In this document: positions 31,231-40,282 of the stretch, one piece after another
How the letters are laid out: each line of letters opens with the position of its first letter
Position numbering within the stretch: the first letter of the stretch is position 1
IMG/VR virus record: IMGVR_UViG_3300007214_000006
DNA length: 64,000 bases
Reading direction: 5' to 3' (one strand)
From: a virus
Taxonomy: Duplodnaviria > Caudoviricetes
Translations under genes and position numbers: made by a program
The notes under the pieces: generated by a model
Database searches by the model: none
The model's input: only the letters and a program-made list of their open reading frames with translations
Told to the model about the DNA's origin: nothing

Positions 31231-31848
31231 ATGAAAAAACAATGTAGTAAATGTAATAAAAAATATAATATAGACAACTTTCATAAGCAAAAAACATCAT
31301 CAGACGGAAGATCGTCATATTGTAAAAACTGTCATAAAGAATATTGTACAAAATGGAAACTAAAAAATAAAAAGAAAATTAAAAAACAGCAACGTAAATA
31401 TCAAGCTGAAAATAAAAACAAATTAAATGAATATAATAAAAGATGGAGACAGTCGAATCCAGATAAAATTTATGCAATTCGTAGAAAACACAGAGAAGAA
31501 CACAGAGAAAAAATCAACAAAAGACGACGAGAGAAACGCAAAGAAAATATAAATTTTAGACTAAGAACTATCATTAGCAATCGTATTAGAATGGCTTTGA
31601 TACGAGGATCAAAAAATAACACATCATATGATTTAACTGGTTGTTCTTGGGACTATCTAAAACTATATTTAGAGAATCTTTTTGTTGATGGTATGAATTG
31701 GGAGAACTACGGGAAATGGCATATAGATCATATAAGACCTTGTGCTAGTTTTGATCTAACAAAAAGAAAAGAACAGAAAAAATGTTTTCATTATAGTAAT
31801 TTACAACCACTATGGGCTATAGATAATCTTAAAAAATCTGATAAATGA
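31231..31848 (+). CDS. HNH endonuclease with N-terminal Zn finger
   Basis: CSKC...CKNC; WHIDHIRPC...HYSNLQPLWAIDNLKK. Confidence 0.85.
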   Translation: MKKQCSKCNKKYNIDNFHKQKTSSDGRSSYCKNCHKEYCTKWKLKNKKKIKKQQRKYQAENKNKLNEYNKRWRQSNPDKIYAIRRKHREEHREKINKRRREKRKENINFRLRTIISNRIRMALIRGSKNNTSYDLTGCSWDYLKLYLENLFVDGMNWENYGKWHIDHIRPCASFDLTKRKEQKKCFHYSNLQPLWAIDNLKKSDK

Positions 31849-32902
31849 ATCAAAGAGACTGCATGACTAAACAAAAAAACAAAAACTGATACTGGAGGAT
31901 TAATATGAAATATAATGTGTATATTCAAGATAATTTTGTTTCTAAAATAGAAGCACAAGATACCGATGATGCAATAAGACTTGTGTTATCTAAAATACAT
32001 AGCGGGGATATCGTTTATGATGAATCGGTTTCTATGGATTTGAAATTGGAACCTATCAATGAGTAATGGAAAAGGAAGTAAACAAAGACCTAAAAGTGTA
32101 GACTATAAAACTTGGGAAAAAAATTACAATAATATTTTTAGAAAAAATGAAAAGTCTAATAAAATTTCAAAATCAAAATGAAATATTATTTTTTATATGT
32201 AACTGTTATAATGAAGTTTTAGTTATCAATTATGACAAAAGCTATAAAATAGCTGATTTGTGTATTTATGAAAGTTATAATTCATATTCTCATAAGCTGT
32301 CATTTTGGCATAAAATTAAAACCATATTGCATATTTTAAGAACAGGTAAAATATATAGTGATCAAATTTCATTGGATTCTGATCAAATAGAAAAGTTAAA
32401 GATGTATTTATCATACCTTTAGGTGTAATAAAACATATCTAATTCCATTACCTATTAGGAGTTTGATAATGATAATGAAAAATTTTGTTTCTAATGAAAT
32501 ATCAGAAGATATTTATTTTGCTAATAAATTATTGCAAACTCTAACTAACACAATAGATTTTTTAGAAAAAGAAAATAACGCTTGGAAAGACACTTTTGAT
32601 AATCTAGTGTCTATAAATTATCAAGATTATGATACTAGTTATGGTGAATTAAGTGACACAAAATACGCACATTCGGCGTAAAAATAGTGTTATAATAACT
32701 CAGATTAATAATACTGAATACTTAATTGAGGGCAACTTTGATATAAAACTTGGTTGCGTTGTTGATCCTGTCATAGTTTATGCAAATATCATAAACGGTC
32801 CATTTATTCATGTTGGAAAAGATTTTCTTGGTAAGGGATCGGTATCAAATATTGATATAATTGAAAATACAAAAAACAATATCATAATTAAAATAAAATT
32901 AT

Positions 32903-33091
32903 ATGAATAAACTTTATAAAAGTAAATCAAATAAAATATTTTTTGGTGTTTGTGCTGGTCTTGGTTACTCATTCAATCTTGATCCAGTATTAATTAGAAT
33001 TTTTTTTATATTAGGAACTATTTTTAGTGGAAGTTTATTGTTTTGGATATATCTAGTTTTAGGACTTATTTTGCCAACACGCGACGAATAA
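32903..33091 (+). CDS. pspC: PspC domain protein
   Basis: KLYKSKSNKIFFGVCAGLGYSFNLDPVLIRIFF plus TM helix. Confidence 0.85.
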   Translation: MNKLYKSKSNKIFFGVCAGLGYSFNLDPVLIRIFFILGTIFSGSLLFWIYLVLGLILPTRDE

Positions 33092-33128
33092 ATTTCTCGC
33101 AAGGTCAAAAAAATTCAAGGGTCGGCTA

Positions 33129-33156
33129 TTGACAAGCCGATAGAGTAGGATAGAAT
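33129..33156 (+). promoter_or_regulatory. sigma70-like promoter with GCCGAT spacer core
   Basis: TTGACA-agccgatagagtagga-TAGAAT. Confidence 0.8.
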
Positions 33157-33233
33157 GAAAGAGTTGATGCGAGAGGTTCAATCGCTTGATTGACTTGCAC
33201 CAATAGGAATTGGAAATGATTTGGAGGTTGATT

Positions 33234-33515
33234 ATGGCTGAAGTTACTACGGTTGAGAAGCAGAAGCGTGTTCGTTGCAGCGATGAGCAGTTTCTTGAGG
33301 CTGTTTTTTCTAGCAAGACTTATGCTGAGATTGCTACTAAAACAGGACAGAAGATCGCTAGCACTATGGCTCGTTATGCCAGAGTGAAGGCGGCTCTTGC
33401 TAAGAAGGGTGAAACTCTGCCCGCTATGGAGCGTGCGAAGCCTGCCAAGACAATTGATAATGTTGAGGCTATGGCAGATGTTGTTCGTCGCCTCAAGGCT
33501 CACGCCAACGGCTGA
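33234..33515 (+). CDS. small basic helical (HTH-like) protein
   Basis: GGAGG SD before ATG 33234; TYAEIATKTGQKIASTMARY; biased codons (GCT, AAG, CGT). Confidence 0.65.
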   Translation: MAEVTTVEKQKRVRCSDEQFLEAVFSSKTYAEIATKTGQKIASTMARYARVKAALAKKGETLPAMERAKPAKTIDNVEAMADVVRRLKAHANG

Positions 33516-33528
33516 TTTTTAAATTAAC

Positions 33529-33607
33529 GATAGTCGGCCACAGTGGTCTAAATGGTAGAGGCACACACTAATCAACCTCTAATCATGGATCGCTGTGGTC
33601 GATTATC
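33529..33607 (+). ncRNA. candidate structured RNA (17-bp stem with inner hairpin)
   Basis: GATAGTCGGCCACAGTG pairs with CGCTGTGGTCGATTATC using three G-U pairs; inner TAGAGG/CCTCTA. Confidence 0.5.
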
Positions 33608-33611
33608 TTAT

Positions 33612-33899
33612 GGGGAATTGGCGGAATAGGCAGACGCAACGGACTTTTTAATTGGAGTGCTTAAAGGGAAACTTTTAATGTAGAACCTGTCAAAGTCGGT
33701 GAAACCTGTAAAATGGCAATACCGAACCAAACCTAATTTATTAGGGAGGCGTAGAGACTTGACGGCAGGAGCCTAAAATATGAAAAATATTATGGCTAAG
33801 GTAAAGTCCAGACCACAAACTGTAAAGGTAACGAAAGTTATAGTGGTAAGAAAATCCGTTGGGAGTAATCCCGTGTGGGTTCAAGTCCCACATTCCCCA
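33612..33899 (+). tRNA. trnL: tRNA-Leu(UAA), intron-containing (exons 33612-33646 and 33851-33899)
   Basis: Acceptor GGGGAAT/ATTCCCC; anticodon stem ACGGA/TCCGT with loop CTT|AAAA; long variable arm; GTGGG-TTCAAGT-CCCAC T-arm. Confidence 0.93.
33647..33850 (+). mobile_element. group I self-splicing intron (204 nt, no ORF) in the tRNA-Leu anticodon
   Basis: 5' site after U with P1 ACUU/GAGU; P AAAGTCGGTGAAA, Q AATACCGAAC, R GTAGAGACTTGAC, S AAGGTAAAGTCC; P9 TAAC-GAAA-GTTA; terminal G. Confidence 0.9.
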
Positions 33900-33974
33900 C
33901 TGTAGTATAATAGTAGAGAAATAAATCCTTTTGGTGTATGTTACTTTGAACTACACCATTAGGAGTCTACTATA

Positions 33975-34445
33975 ATGAACATATGTCGTAAATGCGGATC
34001 AGAATTCAAAAACAGAGTAAAAATTAAGGGATCAATAAAGGTTTTAAATCGTCGTAAATATTGTTTAGATTGTTCTCCGTTTGGAAAAAGAAATACCAAA
34101 AGATTGCATTTACCACAAAGAAATAAAAATTCAAAAAAACAATGCACACAATGCGGTAAAGAATTTAAGTGGAATAAAAATAATGTATGCTGGACTTGCA
34201 GATCGTATAATAGAAGAAAACAAAACAGAAACAAAGCCATAACCCATCTTGGTGCAAAGTGTGGGGATTGTGGATTGGAAGATAAAGATGTTTTAACATT
34301 TCATCATATAAGCCAAGACAGTAAATATGATAATCTTTCTAGTTTGTGGCACAGAAAGTGGTCAGTAATAGAAAAAGAAATTAATAAATGCAAAATATTG
34401 TGTGCTAATTGTCATATGAAACTACACAGAAAGGAAAACAAATGA
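33975..34445 (+). CDS. HNH endonuclease with N-terminal Zn fingers
   Basis: CGDCG...LTFHH...KCKILCANCHMKLH. Confidence 0.85.
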   Translation: MNICRKCGSEFKNRVKIKGSIKVLNRRKYCLDCSPFGKRNTKRLHLPQRNKNSKKQCTQCGKEFKWNKNNVCWTCRSYNRRKQNRNKAITHLGAKCGDCGLEDKDVLTFHHISQDSKYDNLSSLWHRKWSVIEKEINKCKILCANCHMKLHRKENK

Positions 34446-35309
34446 GCAAAAACGTAATCGAATTGAACAAGATCGGTAGCAAGGTTAAGTTAACGGATGA
34501 TGTTTATGGAACCATAGTTGGTATTAATATTTCTGGAGAAAATACTGTTACTTATAAATGCGGGTGGTGGAATGGTCGTTCGTATTCAACAGAGAGTTTT
34601 TCTCCTAGCGAAATAGAAGTTATGGTTGCTGAGAAGTTTAAGATAGGCTTCGGAACATGAACGAAATTACAGATCCTTTGGATTATCTCATTCAATGTTG
34701 TGAAAGTGCTATTAATACTGGTAAGTGGCGACTTACTAAATTCACTATTCTTAACGCTAAAAACGAACTTTCTAAGTTGAGACAAACCAAGAAAGATTTG
34801 GCTAAAGAACTATTTGACGCTAATCAATCTCTGGTAGAAGAAATTAATCGTGATTTAGCATTTAAAAATGTTGCTTGGGCAACTATAAATGGCAGGGGTG
34901 ATATGTTTAACATCAGTATGATATACAATCAATATGCTGATCCTAAGTCCACCATTCCTTTGTATCGAAACGAAAAGGAGTATAAAGAAAAATATGGTAA
35001 GTTATCCAAATAGATTATTTAGAGGATGGTGTTCTAATGAAGGTAATTCACGATCTCATATTCTTCATTATCATATTTATACTATTAGAGACATTAGTGA
35101 CTATAATGGCGGAACGATTCCAGAAGAAGTAGATTCATTAGAAGAGTATTTCAATACAGATCTTTTGTCAGTAGACGATCCATACTACGCCGTTTATGCA
35201 ACATTTAAGATGGATATCCCAAGAGGGCCAATCAAAATTTTTGAAACTCCAGATTTAAAAGTAGCAGTTTATATTGTTGAACAACTAAGCGGCAATAAGG
35301 TTAAAGAAG

Positions 35310-35849
35310 ATGAAATACACAATTGATATTAATTATTTTGATGAGGGTGGTAGTGCTGAATTCTATCATATAAAAGAAGATAAAAATCTTGGATTTAAAC
35401 AATTCCGAAATAAAAAATTCGCCAATACTGCGTACAACAAACAAAAATTATTGAGCAAATTCGGTCTTGCTCCTAAAGTTTACGGCAAGGTTTGTAGGCT
35501 AGAGATGAAGATTGAAAATTTTGGTGGTGAAGGACACGATTATTTGGATTATACTAATTGGGGATATGTTACAGAAAAAGCGAGGGTCGCTGATGAAAAA
35601 GTAATGAAAAAAAGATTACGAGAAATACAATCTCTTGTTGAGTCTATTGAGAAAAAAACCAAACTAAAATTCTGGGATTGTCATTACTATAACATGGGTT
35701 ATATTAAACGAAATAATAAGGCTAAATTAGTTTGCATTGATACTGGAATTGAAAGTTTTAATCGTGATGTGGACGCTTGGGGAATGGGAACTCCTGGCCC
35801 AAAATGCAGTTATTGTAAAAAGTATCAATGCAGATGTAGCATATACTAA
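35310..35849 (+). CDS. protein kinase-like (PKL fold) protein
   Basis: GGSA loop, Lys in GFKQF, LAPKVYG, DCHYYN catalytic-loop-like, IDTG as DFG equivalent. Confidence 0.65.
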   Translation: MKYTIDINYFDEGGSAEFYHIKEDKNLGFKQFRNKKFANTAYNKQKLLSKFGLAPKVYGKVCRLEMKIENFGGEGHDYLDYTNWGYVTEKARVADEKVMKKRLREIQSLVESIEKKTKLKFWDCHYYNMGYIKRNNKAKLVCIDTGIESFNRDVDAWGMGTPGPKCSYCKKYQCRCSIY

Positions 35850-35881
35850 TGGTGTATATCCTTAATATAAGGAGATACATT

Positions 35882-36241
35882 ATGTCAAGAGAATTTGATC
35901 AGATAATTAGAGAAATTAACAAACAAAATAAAGAACTTCATAGTATAGATAGCCAAATTTCCAAAGAGGTTATCAAGGATATTTCTGATGTTAAAAAGTC
36001 TGTAAAAACAATAGAAAACAAAATTGTATTGATGGAAAAGGTTCTGAACCAATTATTTGAACTGATCAATAATATAACCATATTTATAGACGATGCCGAA
36101 GATATAGTGGATGGTATAGATGATGAAGATGAAGAGGATTGGACTCCTTATGATGAGCGTAATTTCCAATATGAGGATGACAACGACGAAGAAGATATAG
36201 GTGGAGACAATTATTGGAGTAGCCATGAGGATGAAAGTTAA
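35882..36241 (+). CDS. coiled-coil protein with acidic tail
   Basis: Heptad-like N-terminus, D/E-rich C-terminus; GGAG SD before ATG 35882. Confidence 0.6.
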   Translation: MSREFDQIIREINKQNKELHSIDSQISKEVIKDISDVKKSVKTIENKIVLMEKVLNQLFELINNITIFIDDAEDIVDGIDDEDEEDWTPYDERNFQYEDDNDEEDIGGDNYWSSHEDES

Positions 36242-36498
36242 TGGGTAGTTTAGCACTTGCAGCATCAGTGATAGTATTGGTTACGATTATAATTGGGCCA
36301 CTAACATATTTATTGGCTAAGTTAGGAACTCCAAGGATTATTATTTATCTATTAAGTATATTTTCTATATTTTCGGGAATATCTTTTTGCACACTCGCTA
36401 TACCGATATGGTATATAGGATTAATTCCGATATATTTTGGATACATAAGCATACAAAAAACCAATAGCCTCAAGGCCAAAAAACTAAAGGAAGGCTAG

Positions 36499-36526
36499 TT
36501 GACAAGCCGATAACGTATGGTATGAT
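36499..36526 (+). promoter_or_regulatory. sigma70-like promoter of rIIA with GCCGAT spacer core
   Basis: TTGACA-agccgataacgtatgg-TATGAT. Confidence 0.8.
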
Positions 36527-36568
36527 GGAACTATCACAGGAACGATTCACAGATTTTGGAGAAAAACG

Positions 36569-39235
36569 ATGAAGTTGGCAGATCGTGTTATTGAGACTCA
36601 TAGTGCTGGTGTTCAGAGTGCGTCAGGATTCACAATCGCACAAACCAGTAAAATGTTTAAGATCCTTTCGGATTCTCTGTATTCCGATAAGGTTATGGCA
36701 GTTATTCGTGAACTGTCTACAAATGCTTATGATAGCCATATTAGTGCTGGCAATAAGAATCCATTCAAAGTAGTTTTGCCAACCGCCGCCAATCCTAATT
36801 TTAGTGTGCGTGATTATGGCACTGGTCTTAGTCAGGCGGATATGGAGAATCTCTATACAACCTACGGGGCCAGCAACAAGAATGATAGTAACGATTTTGT
36901 TGGTTGTCTTGGTCTTGGAAGTAAGAGTCCGTTTGCTTATACCAAGAGTTTTACCACAAGTTCATACTATAATGGTATAAAGTATACTTATATTGCTGCT
37001 ATTGACGATAGTGGTGTTCCTACTCTAAATCTCTTTAATTCCTGCGAAACTGATGAGCCTAATGGTCTTGAGATTAGTTTTGCTGTTAAGCAATATGACT
37101 TTACTGAATTTAGTCAGAAGGCTATTCGTATCTTTCATTACTTTAAGATGAAGCCGATTATTGAGGGTGGTGTTATTACATCCCTAAAGGATCATGCTTA
37201 TAGCAACAAGAATATTGTGATTAGTGGGGATGGTTGGAGAGTTTGTCGTTTGGCTAATGATAACAATCAGTATCCTAGTGTTTACCACAAGATCGACAGC
37301 GGTATTGTGGCTCTTATGGGTAATATTGCTTACCCTGTTAATGCAAACCAACTTATTGGCGAACAAAAGGCCGAACAACCCGATCATATTGCCAAGTGGA
37401 ATCGTGCTTTTGGCAAGGCAGATATTGATTCTTGGAAGAGTTTCATCACAGAAATTCTAAACCAAAACCTTTATCTTGAACTGGATTTTGGTATCGGTGA
37501 ACTTGAGATGGATGTTAGTCGTGAAGGATTGCAGTATACAAAAGCCGTTATCAAGACTTTGCGTGAAAAGACTCAGGGTATTTATCTTGAGATGAAAGAA
37601 GAATTCAGCAAAAAGATTCAAGCAGCAAAGACCAGAATAGAGGCTATTACCACATACTATCAACTGAATGATCTTGCTGGCGGTTGGGGTGTTGGTGCAT
37701 CTTGGACTGATGCTAATGGTAAGGCTCATAGTATCAATAGCGGAGAGGACTTGGAATATAAAATTCCAGCCGGTAAAAGTCTATATGTTTTTAACTATAG
37801 AACTGCTGGGTATCGTTCTCGTCGCATGGTTTATCTAACAGATAAATTGCATCACAATACTCTTACTGGTAAGGGTGAATACTATTGGAATAGTAGTCGT
37901 AAAACTGGACCGCTAAGTTTCTTTGTGTGTGATATTAAGAGCGAAGAAACAGCCAAAAAGATTGTGACTCGTTATTGCAACGACAAGGACTGTTTTGCTT
38001 ATCTAATGGTTGATACCAAAGATATAACAAAGTCGGACAAAGGATTTGATGATCTTATTAATGACGTTGGAACAGATAAGATACTGAAAGTCTCAGACTA
38101 TAAAGATCTGATCAAGAGTAATAGTCCAAGAAAAGCGGGGACTCGTTCTAGCAAAGGTAGTGTTAGCGATCAAGATGTATTCTTTATTTATGGTGCATCT
38201 AAGGATAGTGATAGTCTTACTATCGAATACAATGATGCCCCTCATCTAAACACTCTATCAGCAGAAGAACTTGAAGAATTTGAAGATAGCAATGAAATTG
38301 TTTATGTTCCTATTACCAGATATGCTTCTAATGAAGGCGAAGGTTTGCCTAGCATAGAGAGTCTAGCCGTAATGTTTACTGATAATAGTTTGAGCGATCT
38401 TGTTAAGCAAATGTTTGGCAAGACTAAAATTTATGCTATCAAGAATAGCGTTGCAAAGAAAATGGTTGAGGATGGTGAACGTACTATGATTCCATTCAAT
38501 ACTTTCTTTAAGGATAAACTAAAGACTATTGCAAAAGATCACTTCAAAAAGGTTTCTTCCTTTAATGGTATCGTAGAATTTTGCAAGAAAGAAATGAGTG
38601 ACAGAGATACTGATAGTCGTTATTATTGGAACAATTATGGTGATGTTATTGGTCAGTTCTGTTTTCATGTTCTAAATTTCTTTGGTCTTGACTATGGTAA
38701 GTTTATGAAGAATGATAAATTGGTCAAAATCGTTGACAACTATTTGATTATGGAATTCTTTAGTGATACTGTGCATAGACATAAGTATGACATTGATCGC
38801 TTTAAGATGGTCGATTACTATAGTCATATCAATAATCTTCTCAATGGAATTGGTATCGATAGTATCAATGCCGAGGATATTAAGAAAACCAATGTCGCTT
38901 ATATTCAATTGAATAATCTTATTGAGCATAGGCTTTATGCAAAGTCGGATTCAAAGCAATATCTTGATATAATCTCATCAGACGATAAGACTAAGTATAA
39001 CTTGCCCAAAGCGAGTGAACTTAGAAAAACTATGAAAGCAGAGGTTGACAACAACCCGATGCTCAAGTATATTATGGGAACTGTCAGTGCGAAGGTTGGG
39101 ATTAGGAATTTGACCTCAAAAAATCCTATCGTCAATTCTACTGATGCTTATAATAGAACTAGCGATTGGTCTAGTAAGATGAGCGATGATATGGTTGATT
39201 TGTTTAAGATTCAATTAAGTAGTCTAATTAAGTAA
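36569..39235 (+). CDS. rIIA: rIIA-like protein (N-terminal GHKL ATPase)
   Basis: LSDSLYSDK..AVIRELSTNAYD, VRDYGTGLS, GCLGLGSKSPFAY; followed by rIIB. Confidence 0.9.
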   Translation: MKLADRVIETHSAGVQSASGFTIAQTSKMFKILSDSLYSDKVMAVIRELSTNAYDSHISAGNKNPFKVVLPTAANPNFSVRDYGTGLSQADMENLYTTYGASNKNDSNDFVGCLGLGSKSPFAYTKSFTTSSYYNGIKYTYIAAIDDSGVPTLNLFNSCETDEPNGLEISFAVKQYDFTEFSQKAIRIFHYFKMKPIIEGGVITSLKDHAYSNKNIVISGDGWRVCRLANDNNQYPSVYHKIDSGIVALMGNIAYPVNANQLIGEQKAEQPDHIAKWNRAFGKADIDSWKSFITEILNQNLYLELDFGIGELEMDVSREGLQYTKAVIKTLREKTQGIYLEMKEEFSKKIQAAKTRIEAITTYYQLNDLAGGWGVGASWTDANGKAHSINSGEDLEYKIPAGKSLYVFNYRTAGYRSRRMVYLTDKLHHNTLTGKGEYYWNSSRKTGPLSFFVCDIKSEETAKKIVTRYCNDKDCFAYLMVDTKDITKSDKGFDDLINDVGTDKILKVSDYKDLIKSNSPRKAGTRSSKGSVSDQDVFFIYGASKDSDSLTIEYNDAPHLNTLSAEELEEFEDSNEIVYVPITRYASNEGEGLPSIESLAVMFTDNSLSDLVKQMFGKTKIYAIKNSVAKKMVEDGERTMIPFNTFFKDKLKTIAKDHFKKVSSFNGIVEFCKKEMSDRDTDSRYYWNNYGDVIGQFCFHVLNFFGLDYGKFMKNDKLVKIVDNYLIMEFFSDTVHRHKYDIDRFKMVDYYSHINNLLNGIGIDSINAEDIKKTNVAYIQLNNLIEHRLYAKSDSKQYLDIISSDDKTKYNLPKASELRKTMKAEVDNNPMLKYIMGTVSAKVGIRNLTSKNPIVNSTDAYNRTSDWSSKMSDDMVDLFKIQLSSLIK
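39045..39073 (+). promoter_or_regulatory. possible internal promoter for rIIB
   Basis: TTGACA-acaacccgatgctcaag-TATATT with CCGAT core, inside the rIIA 3' end. Confidence 0.45.
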
Positions 39236-39255
39236 TTTTCACAGGAGTTATAATC

Positions 39256-40134
39256 ATGGCTGTTCCGTTTATGTTTGTTGATGGCAACCTCACGGTTGTT
39301 CTGAATAATAAGAGTTATCAGGTTCTTCCTGATCATATTAACTATAAGATGATCTTGGAAAAGTTGCCAACCGCAACCTCTGATGAGTTGCTAGAAATTG
39401 TTGATGTTCAAAAGGCTATTGCTGTTTTTAGCGATGGTCTTGTTGAGATCAAGAATGGTCAGGTAACTTATGAGGGCGAAGTTGTGCATGGGGCGATTAG
39501 CAAAAGGATTTTGGAGTTTATGAGCAAGGGTCTGCCTTTTCAGCCTCTTGTTAATTTCTTGAATAATCTAATGGAGAATCCTAGTATGCAGAGTCAAAAG
39601 GAACTCTATGATTTTCTGGAACATGAGCATCTGCCAATTACTGAGGATGGTCATTTTCTGGCCTACAAGGCAGTCAGAGCAGATTATATGGATAAGTATC
39701 GTGGCACATTCGACAATCATGTTGGAAAGATTTGTCAGATGACTCGATCAAAAGTTGATGATGATCGTGCTAGAGGTTGTTCCAATGGGCTTCATGCTGG
39801 AGCATTGAATTATGTGGCCGGCTATGGATCTCTTGAGGCTGGAGACAAAATTGTGATTGTTAAAATCAATCCAAAGGATGTTGTTAGTGTACCATCTGAT
39901 TGTAACTGCGAGAAACTTCGCACTTGCCGATATGAAGTGGTCGGAGAGTATCAAGGCGAACTTCTCAAGCCTCTTTATTCTTCAGTTTTTACTGAGGATG
40001 ATTATCGTGATGATGAGGATGATGATTATGATAATGATTATGATTGGGGATGGAATGATGAGGACGATGAGGAAGAAGCATACTATGACGACGAAGATGA
40101 GGATGACGAGTACGACAACTCTTATCCTGGTTGA
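39256..40134 (+). CDS. rIIB: rIIB-like protein with long acidic tail
   Basis: LAYKAVR.DY, CSNGLHAG, INPKDVVSVP.D, KLRTCRYEVV. Confidence 0.9.
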   Translation: MAVPFMFVDGNLTVVLNNKSYQVLPDHINYKMILEKLPTATSDELLEIVDVQKAIAVFSDGLVEIKNGQVTYEGEVVHGAISKRILEFMSKGLPFQPLVNFLNNLMENPSMQSQKELYDFLEHEHLPITEDGHFLAYKAVRADYMDKYRGTFDNHVGKICQMTRSKVDDDRARGCSNGLHAGALNYVAGYGSLEAGDKIVIVKINPKDVVSVPSDCNCEKLRTCRYEVVGEYQGELLKPLYSSVFTEDDYRDDEDDDYDNDYDWGWNDEDDEEEAYYDDEDEDDEYDNSYPG

Positions 40135-40144
40135 TTGAATTTTT

Positions 40145-40212
40145 AAAGGAACTGTCTGGTGACAATTCGATCCTGTGTGGAAAGATTTGGGGTTCGATTC
40201 CCCATTTCCTTT
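40145..40212 (+). ncRNA. tRNA-like element (non-canonical)
   Basis: TGGGG-TTCGATT-CCCCA T-arm; AAGGAA/TTCCTT acceptor-like stem; TGTC-TGGT-GACA mini D-arm; no canonical anticodon arm. Confidence 0.5.
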
Positions 40213-40282
40213 TTTATCGCTAATGATAGTAGAGGTTGCTATCCCGATAATTGGTTATTTATTTACAGGTAATAGGTGAAAT

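Noticed and set aside
33170-33186. tRNA remnant in the leader (GGTTCAATC)
   Set aside because: Only a 4-bp hairpin with no acceptor or D/anticodon arms.
40145-40212. Functional decoding tRNA
   Set aside because: No 5-bp stem/7-nt loop anticodon arm and a non-standard D-arm; kept only as a tRNA-like element.
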